Part shown: piece after piece, positions 1 to 12,742 of the stretch
Numbering within the stretch: position 1 is the first letter of the stretch
Layout: each line of letters starts with the position of its first letter
Assembly: GCA_951406725.2 (NCBI GenBank)
Contig: OX597831.1
Coordinates: forward strand, 4,402,001-4,466,000
DNA length: 64,000 nt
Source of the DNA: Octopus vulgaris
Lineage: Eukaryota
Reading direction: 5' to 3'
Position numbers and translations under genes: made by a program
Notes under the pieces: model-generated
What the model saw: the letters and a program-made list of their open reading frames with translations, nothing else
Databases searched by the model: none
What the model was told of the DNA's origin: nothing

Positions 1-80
1 ACACGTGTCTGTGGAGTGTTCAGCCACTGTTCCGTTGATCGGATCACCTGGAACCCTCGTCGTCGTAACCGACGGAGTAC
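1..80 (+). mobile_element. 3' end of tRNA-derived SINE family B (cut by window edge)
   Basis: Matches the tail of the full copies at 19873, 42625 and 45086 (ACACGTGTCTGTGGAGTG...CGTCGTCGTAACCGACGGAGT). Confidence 0.8.
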
Positions 81-159
81 CAATTACATGTGTGTATGTA
101 TGTATGCTTATATGAATGTGTGTGAATGTAAGCGTTTATAGATCTTCTATCATTTGTTT

Positions 160-375
160 TTTTATTTGTTTCAGTTATTAGACTGGGGCCATGCTGGAGT
201 ACCACCTTTATGCATTTGTTTTAGTCGAATAAAGCGACCCCTGTACTTTTTCTGTTGAACCTGGTACTTATTCTATCGGTGTCTTATACTGAACCGCTAG
301 GCTACGGCGACGTACACACACCAACAACGGTTGTCAAGCAGTGATGGCGGAGGACAACTTCAAACACAAAGATAC

Positions 376-470
<95 letters not shown>

Positions 471-642
471 AGCATATAGACATATACACGACGGTCTTCT
501 TTCAGTTTCCGTCCACCAAATCCACAAAGAATGCCTTAGTCAGCCGGAAGCTACAGAAACAGACACTTGCCCTAGGTGCTACGCAGTGGGACCGAACCCG
601 GAACGATGTGGTTTGGAAGCAAACTTCTTACCACACAGCCAC
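160..642 (-). mobile_element. Diverged tRNA-derived SINE family A copy with internal (TATC)n
   Basis: Reverse complement aligns by eye with the 1955-2365 copy: head GTGGCTGTGTGGTAAG, GGAAACTGAAAGAAG, tail CCAGCATGGCC. Confidence 0.75.
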
Positions 643-644
643 AC

Positions 645-1083
<439 letters not shown>

Positions 1084-1249
1084 CTGCTAATTCAACGAGG
1101 CTGTACATCAGGTCGGGTTTTATTTCATTTCTAAATCATTTTAAATGATTTGCCAGGAGACTGTGCGATCTTCTGGATCTCATTAGTAAAGAGATTTAAA
1201 GGAATCGGTTTTTGTACCAAGAAAACTCGGGATCTCCACTCCTTCCCGC

Positions 1250-1690
1250 CCATACACACATACATACATACATACATACATGCATACACACATACATACA
1301 TACACGCATACACACATACATACATACATATATACATACATACATACATACATACATACATACACACATACACACATACATACATACATATATACATACA
1401 TACATACATACACACATACATACATACATACATATATACATACATACATACATACATGCATGCATACATATATACATACATACATACATACATACATACA
1501 TACATACATACGTACATACAAACACATACATACGTAATGCATGCATACACATATACATACATACATTCATACACACACACATATGTATATATACACGTAC
1601 ATACATAAATACACACACATACATGAATACATATATACGTATATATGTGTGTATATATACATACACACGCGCAAACACTCACATATATGA
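1250..1690. repeat. (TACA)n/(CA)n compound microsatellite
   Basis: Direct reading. Confidence 0.9.
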
Positions 1691-1889
1691 GCACATGCGG
1701 GTGTATGTCTGTGTGTGTTCATGTGTATTCATGTGTCTGAGTATTCCTGATCCGTTCCGATAAGTTGGAACCGACTGTAAGTAATGCAATCAATTAGACA
1801 TTTTGCTGAGCTAAAGGAAGTTGTTGTTGTCATTGCTGTTGTTGTTATTGTTTCGTTTAGCCCTAGGTTAGTCACTACAATATGTGTGC

Positions 1890-1954
<65 letters not shown>

Positions 1955-1956
<2 letters not shown>

Positions 1957-2365
1957 CGCAGGAGTGGCTGTGTGGTAAGTAGCTTGCTAACGAACCACAT
2001 GGTTCCGGGTTCAGTCCCACAGCGTGGCATCTTGGGTAAGTGTCTTCTGCAATAGCCCCGGGCCGACCAATGCCTTGTGAGTGGATTTGGTAGACGGAAA
2101 CTGAAAGAAGCCTGTCGTATATATGTATACATATATATGTATGTGTGTGTTTGTGTGTCTGTGTTTGTGCCCCTAGCATTGCTTGACAACCGATTCTGGC
2201 GTGTTTACGTCCCCGTCACTTAGCGGTTCGGCAAAAGAGACCGATAGAATAAGTACTGGGCTTACAAAGAATAAGTCCTGGGGTCGATTTGCTCGACTAA
2301 AGGCGGTGCTCCAGCATGGCCGCAGTCAAATGACTGAAACAAGTAAAAGAATAAAAGAATAAAAA
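1955..2365 (+). mobile_element. tRNA-derived SINE family A (CORE-like), full length
   Basis: A-box-like TGGCTGTGTGG, B-box-like GGTTCAGTCCC, CORE-like CTTGGGCAAGTG segment, internal (TA)/(TG) tract, (GAGTAAAA)-type tail. More than 12 near-identical copies occur in the window. Confidence 0.9.
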
Positions 2366-2397
2366 ATACATATATATATATATACATACACACACAG

Positions 2398-2464
<67 letters not shown>

Positions 2465-2504
2465 GTTTATTGGCTAAACTGGCAATATGACCATTCCGAA
2501 ATAT

Positions 2505-2554
<50 letters not shown>

Positions 2555-2635
2555 CAAAGTGAAGATGTAAGGTACTGCCCGAATGGAATTATATATAAAA
2601 GAAGGTTTGAAAATGCAATTTTAAAAGATGTTTAT

Positions 2636-2681
2636 TCACTTGACCGGTTTCACTTTTTTAGAAAAAGATTGTCAAAAGTAA
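2636..2681 (-). ncRNA. Minimal hammerhead ribozyme, U3-A8 core variant
   Basis: Minus strand: ttactt-TTGACAA-T-CTTTTT/cta/AAAAAG-T-GAAAC-CG-GTC-aagtga. Stem I 6 bp; palindromic ACCGGT in stem III. Confidence 0.65.
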
Positions 2682-2759
2682 CATGTAAAAGCTTTGTTGT
2701 GTTAGGTACCGGTTGTCACAAAAGTATTAAAATACAATTATACATTATTTGATAATAAT

Positions 2760-2801
<42 letters not shown>

Positions 2802-2915
2802 CGATGTTATATAAATATTATCGAATATATATACACCTTGTGGCTTATATATATATTCGATCATATATACATATAATCGATTATATATATATACATATAT
2901 ATATGTATTTATATG

Positions 2916-2955
<40 letters not shown>

Positions 2956-3593
2956 GCCTTGACATCGTCATTTTTTTCAAGACATTTCTGAGGTAGGTTT
3001 CGCTGCTATATCTAGCAGGTTGGTGGGTGTGTTAGAATAAGAGTAACTCCGAGTTTTTTTTGCTGTTGTTGTTGTTGTTGTTGATGTTCGTGATGGTGTT
3101 GATGGGGTGGTTGAGAATAATGTTTGTTACACTGCTACTCGTGTTGATGATGACGACAAAACGATAAGGATGATGACGACGATGACGTAGATGTCGATGG
3201 CGATGGTGGTGATGGTGGCGGTGTGGAAGTGAGGGTGGCGTTGGCGATTATAATGATGACGTTGACGGCGATAACGGTGAAGATTTTCCTGTTTATGGTG
3301 ATGGTGGTGGTGGTGGTGGTGTTGTTGTTGTTGTTGTTGGTGGTGGTGGTTATGGTGGTTATGGTGGTTTGGGTTGGGTTCGAGGGATGTTACATACACA
3401 GCTGGCCGTGATGACGATGACAACGATGACGAAGACGATGCTGGTGCTGATGATGATGATGACGATAGTGGAGGCGGTGGTGGTGGTGGTGATGGCACCT
3501 GTGGTTATGGTGGTGGCGGTGGGGAGATATGTTTGGGCTAAAGAAAATTAATTAAACATTAATGAGCTCTACATGGACAAAATAAGTGATACA

Positions 3594-3657
<64 letters not shown>

Positions 3658-3750
3658 CATATATCATATATACATATCATATACACATATATATAAATAT
3701 ACACACATATATACATATACATATGCATATAGATTTATTTATACATACAT

Positions 3751-3782
<32 letters not shown>

Positions 3783-4272
3783 CATATATCATATATATAT
3801 CATATATAAATATCATATACACATATATATAAATATACACATATATATACATATACATATGCATATATATGTATTTATACATATATATTATATATATATG
3901 ATATATCTATATATCTATATATACATACATACATGTATAAATATATGCGTATGCGTGTGTCTTTGTGTATGTATATGTATGATATATATATATATATATA
4001 TGGATTTAAAGGAATATGAAAACGGGAGGTGATACGGGGGTGAGGATCATATCATGAAATTAAGATGAGAACCTAATTGAATCCACCCCAACCACTCGTC
4101 ACTTATTACCCCCATAAATTGTTAATCCCCTGAAAATACCCTACGTACCCTTGAAAATTTTTTATTAAATATGAGGATGACCTGAAAATGTACTTAGAAA
4201 AAGGGACGGCTTCCCCATTCTGGAACGATAAAAAGTAGAGTAACGAGATATACATGTATGTGAATACTCACT

Positions 4273-4318
<46 letters not shown>

Positions 4319-4401
4319 CACACTCATACACACACATATATATATACATATATATATATAATATGCATAATATGTATTGTGTATATGTGTATATGTACAT
4401 A

Positions 4402-4447
<46 letters not shown>

Positions 4448-4471
4448 TAAACATACACACACGTATATAAC

Positions 4472-4626
4472 AGTGGCTATGTGGTAAGAAGTTTGCTTCT
4501 CAGCTTCAGGATTCTGGGTTCAATCCCATTCGTGGAACCTTGGGCAAGAATCTTCCACAAAACAACGTGCTGACCAAAGCCTTGTAAGCGGATTTGGCTG
4601 GCAGAAACTGTATGAAGTCCGTCGTA
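4472..4626 (+). mobile_element. Diverged SINE family A head fragment
   Basis: GTGGCTATGTGGTAAG...GGTTCAATCCC...CTTGGGCAAG. Confidence 0.7.
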
Positions 4627-4673
4627 CATACATAATGAGAGACGGAAGATGGATGATAGTAAAGTTTTTATTG

Positions 4674-4779
4674 ATCACTACAGTTGTTTATACACGTCTA
4701 GCATCGATCCCTCATCGGTGGAATACTCAACAACTGGTTCAGGAGCATCAGACGGTGAAGATGTGTCTCTTCAGGAGAT
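4674..4779 (-). ncRNA. Degenerate hammerhead ribozyme with long stem II
   Basis: Minus strand: atctc-CTGAAGA-GACAC...GTGTA-TAAAC-AACT-GTA-gtgat. G12 is mutated, so probably inactive. Confidence 0.4.
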
Positions 4780-5136
4780 AAACAGATGCTGCTCGTTAGG
4801 ATAACAGTTCCGCAATGTATCTTCTTAGTTCTCTTGAAGAACAGCAACAAATTATATGGAAGTTCAATAATAAAATAACAGATACAAAAAAGGAAACCAA
4901 CACCCAATACAGCGACAAAATAATATACTCAGAATTATTTTCAGGACCCAACAGAATCGAGGTATTTTAGTAACAAGGGCACCATGATAGAGTCGAAAAT
5001 AGCATACCTATGTATCAACATTGTGTACAGACCTTTACGCACTTACGAAATATGCATGAATATATATACACATTTATGCATTATATGTATGTATGTATAT
5101 ATATATATATATATGTACACACACATATATATATGT

Positions 5137-5185
<49 letters not shown>

Positions 5186-5288
5186 CTATAACGGGAAGCT
5201 TTATGAAAATAAACAAAAGACGAAGGCAGGTGGAAAACAAACGAACAATTGTATTAGTATGGCGCTCAGGAAATATAAATAAAACAAG

Positions 5289-5326
5289 TCTTTAACGTTT
5301 CGAGCCTACGCTCTTCAACAGAAAGA
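5289..5326 (-). ncRNA. Minimal hammerhead-like motif, A6U core (CUGUNGA)
   Basis: Minus strand: tcttt-CTGTTGA-A-GAGC-gtag-GCTC-GAAAC-GTT-aaaga. Stems I and II are perfect. Confidence 0.65.
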
Positions 5327-6153
5327 TACACATATGCATATATATATACATGTATATGTATATATATATATATATACATACATATATATATATTATATAT
5401 ATTATATATACATATAATATATATATATACATATGTAAGAATATATATACATATATATATATTGTTTATATATATATATATATACATATACATACATACA
5501 CACACACACTCATATATAAAGGTATATTATATCCATGTGTGCATGTGGATTATCTGTTATGCCATTAGTTTGTGACGTCATAGTATAATTCAAAAGAAAT
5601 CAACCAACTGCTCCAATTACCTACTCCTCCCATTACTCCCCCTCCTCCTCCTCCTCCTCCTCCTCCTTCTCATCTCCTCCTCCTCCACTTCTTCCATCCT
5701 CCGTTATCTCCATTATCCCGTTTTTTTTTTACCTATCTCCAGTCTGCAATATGTTTGTCTGGGACATTCAGCGCCATGTTACCTGCCATAATCCCCGGCG
5801 CCAACATCCAGATGCAACGTTAATCCGGCTTCCATTTAATGTCACATAATCTGGATATTTGGCACCAGCTTTATGATCTCCTGTTGATCTTGGAACCGTT
5901 TTACTGACAATATGACCGAAACCCGACTCTTGCTTTCCTCCTTTTCCACTCCTTCGTACCTGTCTGATAAATCCCCCAATATAGAAAAGTACTTGTTGAC
6001 ATTGTTTGATGTAATCAGCGTGCATGTTTGTGTGTGTGTGTATGTGTGTGTATGTGTGTGTGTATGTGTGTGTATGTGTGTGTATGTGTTTGCGTGTGTG
6101 TACGTGCGCTCGCGCCCATAAGTATATATATATATACATACATATATATATAT

Positions 6154-6202
<49 letters not shown>

Positions 6203-6280
6203 CATATATATATATATATAAATATATATACATACATATATATATATATATAAATATATATACATACATATATATATATA

Positions 6281-6675
6281 GTGGCTGTGTGGCTGTGTGG
6301 TAAGTAGCTTGCTAACCGACCACATGGTTCCGGGTTCAGTCCCACTGCGTGGCATCTTGGGCAAGTGTCTTCTGCTATAGCCCCGGGCCGACCAATGCCT
6401 TGTGAGTGAAAAGAAGCCTGTCGTATATATGTATATATATGTATATGTATGTGTATGCGTTTGTGTGTCTGTGTTTGTACCCCTAGCATTGCTTGACAAC
6501 CGATGCTGGTGTGTTTACGTCCGCGTCACTTAGCGGTTCGGCAAAAGGGACCGATAGAATAAGTACTGGGCTTACAAAGAATAAGTCCCGGGGTCGATTT
6601 GCTCGACTAAAGGCGGTGCTCCAGTATGGCCGCAGTCAAATGACTGAAACATGTAAAAGAGTAAAGAGTAAGAGT
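6281..6675 (+). mobile_element. SINE family A copy with small internal deletion
   Basis: Near-identical to 1955-2365 but lacks the GATTTGGTAGACGGAAACT segment. Confidence 0.9.
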
Positions 6676-6822
6676 ATATATATATGTATATATGCACACG
6701 CAATCATACACATGCACATATATACGTATACATCTATCAATTTATCGACCTGTCTGTCTGTCTGTCTTTCTGTCTCTCTATCTATCTATCTGTTTGTGTA
6801 TATATATATATACATACATACG

Positions 6823-6903
<81 letters not shown>

Positions 6904-6953
6904 ACAACAAAAGAATGAAAGATACCTCGATATTATGTAAATAGAGGAATTTA

Positions 6954-7191
6954 TCTGTAATTGTAATATATGGCAATAATTCCGTAGCCGTGATAGAACT
7001 TCAAGTTTCGGATGTCGGAGTGGAAATCCACGCCGCCATCTCTTCGGTTATCCGGCTATGGGAAAAAATCCCTTTTTTATCCGATGTCCGGATAACTGAA
7101 AAAAATAGAGGCGAGGATTTCCACCCCGGCATCCGAAACTCAGAGTTTTATTATGGCTACCGAATAATTGTCACATTTTACATTTACAGAT
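6954..7191. mobile_element. Fold-back PLE-like terminus with an HHR motif on each arm (6992-7052 -, 7091-7152 +)
   Basis: Imperfect inverted repeat. Arms read gataa-C(C/T)GAA(G/A)A...CATCC-GAAAC-N5-GTT-(c/t)tat. The same family occurs at 14210-14400. Confidence 0.55.
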
Positions 7192-7201
7192 ATATATGTA
7201 A

Positions 7202-7255
<54 letters not shown>

Positions 7256-7376
7256 TATATATTCAGATGAATATGGTACTTAAGTTAAAGGCACCAGAAT
7301 TTAATATGGTATTATCCATGTGATTCAAAATCGTGTGATTATAATCAAAATAAGCAACAAGGATATCCAGAGGTAA

Positions 7377-7463
7377 TGCAGTACGATCGTTTCATGCGAC
7401 TCCATTTAATTGAACAATGTTAACATTACATCAATTTAAAATGTAGAGCAATCTTCAGCTGCA
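7377..7463 (-). ncRNA. Minimal hammerhead ribozyme (PLE-type)
   Basis: Minus strand: tgcag-CTGAAGA-TTGCTC...GAGTCGCAT-GAAAC-GATC-GTA-ctgca. Perfect stem I; palindromic ACGATCGT stem III. Confidence 0.75.
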
Positions 7464-7569
7464 TAAAAATATAGAATTAAGTTAAATTCGAAGGCCTAAT
7501 ATATACATATATGCGCGCGTGTGCATATGTGTGTGTTTGTGTCTGTGTCCGTGTGTCTTAATTTCTCTT

Positions 7570-7626
<57 letters not shown>

Positions 7627-8034
7627 CTATTTCTCCCTCTGCCTATCTACCTTTATACACACGTTTGATAGAGCAAACAGGAGAAACATTACTCTATTCA
7701 TGGGTGTTTTTTTATCATTTTTAATCGGCCACTGTAGAATAATAAGTGACAAAGTGCACACACGCGCACGCGCGCAATCACGCCCCTCCCCCACGACACA
7801 TACCACACATTTGTGTATTTATGCATAAAAAAAACCCAGTAAATAAATATATTTTTAAATGTCCCCGTTTTCATTGAATGACACCGATCGTAGCCGTGTT
7901 TATAGATCACGTGACACCTTGTCGATTGACTAAAACCAGAAATCAATAATGCCATCGTCTCCCCATTCCCCTACAACTGCCCTACGCCCACAAGACAGTG
8001 CGACATCTGCCGGATGTTCACCACATCAACGTCT

Positions 8035-8382
8035 CTATCTTCTTCAACCTTTTCTTCTTCTTTTTCTTCTTCTTCTCCTTCTTCTCCTTCTTCTTCTTCT
8101 TCTTCTTCTTCTTCTTCTCCTACTCCTTCTTCTTTCTTTCTTTCTTTCTTTCTTCTTCTTTTTCTTCTTCTTCTTCTCCTTCTTCCTTCACCTCCTCCTC
8201 TTCTGCCTCCACCTCCTCCTCCACCACCTTCTTTCTTCTTCTCCTGCCTCCTCCTCCTCCTTCTTCTTTCTTCTCCTTCTTTCTTCTTCTTCTTCTTCTT
8301 CTTCTTCTTCTTTCTTCTTTCTTTCTTTCTTTCTTTCGCTCTTTCTTTCTTTCGTTCTTTCTTACTTTCTTTCCCCTTCCTT
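8035..8382. repeat. (TTC)n/(TCC)n polypyrimidine tract
   Basis: Direct reading. Confidence 0.9.
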
Positions 8383-8544
8383 AGCTCGCAGTATATGACT
8401 GTTACCCATTTCATCGAACCCAGAGTGATAAAGTAGAATATGGCCTCACGAGGTGATTTGGGGGGTGATATATGTTTCTTGATTCGAGACGAAACATTTT
8501 GGTAAAGCACGTCTCTTCTAAACATAACGGAAAATAAACACACA

Positions 8545-8575
<31 letters not shown>

Positions 8576-8698
8576 GCACATACACACATACGCACACACA
8601 CGCATGACACGTTGCTCAACTGTCTTCTACAACAGTCTCGGGCGCGACCAAAAATTTGTGAGTGAATTTGGTGGACGGAAATTGAAAGAAACCCGTCG

Positions 8699-8733
<35 letters not shown>

Positions 8734-8742
8734 GATGTATAT

Positions 8743-8893
<151 letters not shown>

Positions 8894-8910
8894 TATATAT
8901 AATTATATAT

Positions 8911-8955
<45 letters not shown>

Positions 8956-9189
8956 ACCAAGAAAGTTAGGGGTTGTGGATACAACCCACTAAGGGAATTT
9001 ACTTATCCAATATACTGTTGGTATAATACCCAATTATTATTACACAAGTGTTTTTAATTGCAATGCAATAAACTTACTTATAGTATCAAATGGATGAAGG
9101 TAAAGAAATAGTTTACCATTAATTTATATTGCAAATAAGAAAATGGAGAAGCACATTAGTTGGTTCATCAACTTTAGGACATATTCTCA

Positions 9190-9400
9190 TTTTACTCTTT
9201 TACTTGTTTCAGTCATTTGACTGCGGCCATGCTGGAGCAAGCCTTTTAGTCGAGCAAATCGACCCTGGGACTTATTCCTTTTGTAAGCCCAGTACTTATT
9301 CTATCGGTTCTCTTTTTGCCGAACCGCTAAAATGACGGGGACGTAAACACACCAGCATCGGTTGTCAAGCAATGCTAGGGGAACAAACACAGACACACAA

Positions 9401-9470
<70 letters not shown>

Positions 9471-9632
9471 GACAGGCTTCTTTCAGTTTCCGTCTACCAA
9501 ATCCACTCACAAGGCATTGGTCGGCCCGGGGCTATAGCAGAAGACACTTGCCCAAGGTGCCACGCAGTGGGACTGAACCCGGAACCATGTGGTCGGTTAG
9601 CAAGCTACTTACCACACAGCCACTCCTGCGCC
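9190..9632 (-). mobile_element. SINE family A, full length
   Basis: Reverse complement of the 1955-2365 type, with internal (CA)n(TA)n. Confidence 0.9.
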
Positions 9633-9640
9633 TATATATA

Positions 9641-9999
9641 TTAGTATCAGCGTTGCTAGGAATAAGAGTCAAAACAACTCAGATTCACGAGAAAGCACTT
9701 ATCTTATGACTGACAAGGGAGACAAGAACCCTACATTATCTGGGGCATAGCCAGATCATCAGCGATTTCGCATTTAATTAATGCTCATCAGTGGCTCTCA
9801 TCCGGCTGCCTAGGGCTAAGCTAGCTCACCTTGTCAGTTTATAAGAGTCTCCGCAGAAATCGAACGCTGGTCAAAGTGAAATTTATAAATAATAAAGGTG
9901 TCTTATTCGCCATTTACAGCCAAAAGGCAGAACTATAGACGCCATTAAAGTGATTAAGGGCACTAATTAGCGCCAGTATTGCTAGAAATAAGAGTCAAA
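9641..9999 (-). mobile_element. Retrozyme-like unit: about 326-bp monomer with terminal direct repeat and type I hammerhead
   Basis: Imperfect direct repeats TTAG..CAG..TTGCTAG(G/A)AATAAGAGTCAAA at 9641-9673 and 9967-9999. Internal inverted segments TCTTATGACTGACAAGG / CCTTGTCAGTTTATAAGA. HHR at 9749-9796. Confidence 0.65.
9749..9796 (-). ncRNA. Canonical type I hammerhead ribozyme
   Basis: Minus strand: agcca-CTGATGA-GCATT/aatta/AATGC-GAA-ATCG/ctga/TGAT-C^tggct. Full core, stem I 5 bp (extendable), stem II 5 bp, stem III 4 bp, AUC triplet; predicted cut between 9754 and 9753. Confidence 0.88.
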
Positions 10000-10008
10000 G
10001 TGGCTATA

Positions 10009-10410
10009 GGCGCAGGAGTGGCTGTGTGGTAAGTAGCTTGTTTACCAACCACATGGTTCCGGGTTCAGTCCCACTGCGTGGCACCTTGGGCAAGTGTCTT
10101 CTTCTATAGCCCCGGGCCGACCAATGCCTTGTGAGTGGATTTGGTAGACGGAAACTGAAAGAAGCCCGTCTTATATATGTATATATATATGTATGTGTGT
10201 TTGCGTGTCCGTGTTTGTCCCCCTAGCATTGCTTGACAACTGATGCTGGTGTGTTTACGTCTCCGTCACTTAGCGGTTCGGCAAAAGGGACCGATAGAAT
10301 AAGTACTGGGCTTACAAAGAATAAGTCCCAGGGTCGATTTGCTCGACTAAAGGCGGTGCTCCAGCATGGCCGCAGTCAAATGACCGAAACAAGTAAAAGA
10401 GTAAAAGAGT
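10009..10410 (+). mobile_element. SINE family A, full length
   Basis: Near-identical to 1955-2365. Confidence 0.9.
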
Positions 10411-10674
10411 ATATGTATATATAAAAGAAGAATAAGAAAATGAAGTTTGGGAAGTTAATAATTGTTTATTATTAACATCCGATTATCACTTTTACTTACA
10501 GCTGCTGTTTCAATCAATACTCAGTAAATATTAAGTACATATTCAGTCTGCTTTGATGGATCCATAACCACATAAAACATCCAGGGATATATATATATAT
10601 ATATTTATATTTTACACTGAATATATTATACTCAGTTCATATACATTTAAATTTAGTACTTAATATTTACTGAG

Positions 10675-11210
10675 TGAGGTTAACTTTGCCGTCCATCTTT
10701 TTGGAGTCGATAAATTAAAAACCAGTTGCATTCTGGGATCGATATAATCGACTCGACTGCCCCCTCCCCAAGGCCTAGAAATACCGCTAAGGATTTCGCC
10801 CGGCGTGCTGACGATTCTGCCAGCTCCCCGCTTTTAAATAATCTTTTACACTCTAGGCACAAAGCCCGAAATTTTGGGGGAGGGGAACAGTCGATTAGAT
10901 CGACCCCAGTATGCAACTGGTACTTAATTTATCAACTCCGAAAGGATGAAGGGCAAAGTCGACCTCGGCGGAATTAGAACTCAGAACGTAAATACAGACG
11001 AAATACCTATTTCTTTACTACCCACAAGGGGCTAAACACAGAGAGGACAAACAAGGACAGACAAACGGATTAAGTCGATTCTATCGACCCTAGTGCGAAA
11101 GGATGAAAGGCAAAGTCGACCTCGGCGGAATTTGAACTCAGAACGTAGCGGCAGACGAAATACCACTAATCGTTTCGCCCGGTGTGCTAACGTTTCTGCC
11201 AGGTCGCCTT
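10675..11210 (-). mobile_element. Two adjacent SINE family C copies, one with an internal duplication
   Basis: Reverse complement of GGCGAGCTGGCAGAATCGTTAGC...GAGTTCAAATTCCGCCGAGGTCGACTTTGCCTTTCATCC. Confidence 0.8.
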
Positions 11211-11245
11211 GTGTGTGTGTGTGTGTTTGTTCGTATGTGTGTGTT

Positions 11246-11324
<79 letters not shown>

Positions 11325-11533
11325 AAAATAAGCAACAAGAACGACTCCGGTAATTTGGTACAATTGTTTCGCACTACAACATTTTATTAAAAGCTGTTTT
11401 TGTATTATTGGAAAACCTATATAATTGGCTGAAGAGCAATCAGCATCTTAAATTTTTATGGATAACACCATACAAAATTCTGGTGCATCTAAATTAAGTA
11501 CCATATTCATTTGAATTTAAATTGTTGCTGAAC

Positions 11534-11589
<56 letters not shown>

Positions 11590-11652
11590 GTACAAACATA
11601 TATACATATACAGACATACATATATATATGTATGTATGTATGTATGTATATA

Positions 11653-12292
11653 CAGGGTGCGGTGGGTAAATTGCCGACATTTTACATTTTTAATTTCGCA
11701 AACGTACATTTCTTGTTTTCGATTGGGTCGATAACAAAGTTGTTGTAAGGACAGTTGGACACAGTCTGTGAGAAAACCAGCACCATAACGCAAATCACTC
11801 TGCTAGTAATTTTGAGACGCCTTGTAGTACTGCTTAGCATTCGCGCCGGAAGCTCCAGTACGAATATTTCAGAATGTTTGGGTGTCAATCTGAGGACAGA
11901 GCAGAGGATTCGGAAAGAGTTGGATGAGTCTAATGGTGATTATGAAGGTACGGCAGCTTGGAAAACTCACTCTGATCGTTCTGTTCAGAAAGGAACTCCT
12001 TAATTTGTTGGTGATATCCAGGCCGCGGTTGACAACGATCCCTCCAAGTCAATCAGTTACATCGCCAGAGACATGGGAGTGTCCGATTTTTCCTATTAGG
12101 CAGGTAGTGCATGGAGGCATTCGGTATTCCTCATACAAGATGAGAAAGGGCCAATTTTTATCCCATGAGGAAAGATCACGCTGCGAAGCTTTTGAACAAA
12201 CACAAGCTTCCCCTCCAACCGAACATGCTTTGGTTTTTCTCAGACGAGAAAAATTTCTGCCAGGATCAGATGGTCAACACACAGAACAACAG
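11653..12292 (+). mobile_element. Tc1/mariner-superfamily transposon 5' part, transposase pseudogene
   Basis: TA|CAGGGTG terminus. Frameshifted translation includes HTH-like DNDPSKSISYIARDMGVS and WFFSDEKNF...NTQNNR (first catalytic Asp). Truncated by a SINE C fragment. Confidence 0.8.
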
Positions 12293-12476
12293 AGTTCAAA
12301 TTCTGCCGAGGTAGATTTTGCCTTTCATCCTTGAGTACTAGTTGTGTACTGAGGGCGATCTAATCGACTGGCCCCCTCCCCCAAAATTTCGAGCCTAGAG
12401 TACGTCATGACAGATCGCTAGCCACTAAACCTTATTCTATGTCTTCTATTTTCTCTTTCTGCTTATTTCTGTGTTC

Positions 12477-12512
12477 CTTTCTGTCGAAGAGCGTTGGCTC
12501 GAAACGTAAAAG
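12477..12512 (+). ncRNA. Minimal hammerhead-like motif, A6U core
   Basis: cttt-CTGTCGA-A-GAGC-gttg-GCTC-GAAAC-GTA-aaag. Confidence 0.65.
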
Positions 12513-12704
12513 TCTTTCTCACTTCCCGAGCGTTAAACTAATACATGTGTTTGTTTTTTACACACCCGTCTTCCTCTTTTGTTGTTTTGTACATTCTCAC
12601 TATATATATATATATATATATATCGATCGCCATGTTGATTCGCTAGCCTCTGCACGCATTTTTTTTCTCTCCTTGTTTCTTTCTCCGTGTTTCTTTTCTG
12701 TCTA

Positions 12705-12742
12705 TCTTTCTGTTGAAGAGCGTAGGATCGAAACGTAAAAGA
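12705..12742 (+). ncRNA. Minimal hammerhead-like motif, A6U core
   Basis: tcttt-CTGTTGA-A-GAGC-gtag-GATC-GAAAC-GTA-aaaga, with one stem II mismatch. Confidence 0.6.

Noticed and set aside
3127-3498. His/Gln/Pro-rich ORF resembling a transcription-factor low-complexity region (also 33130, 50054, 60829)
   Set aside because: Derived from (GGT)/(GAT)/(GTT) repeats, with no adjacent domain or splice support.
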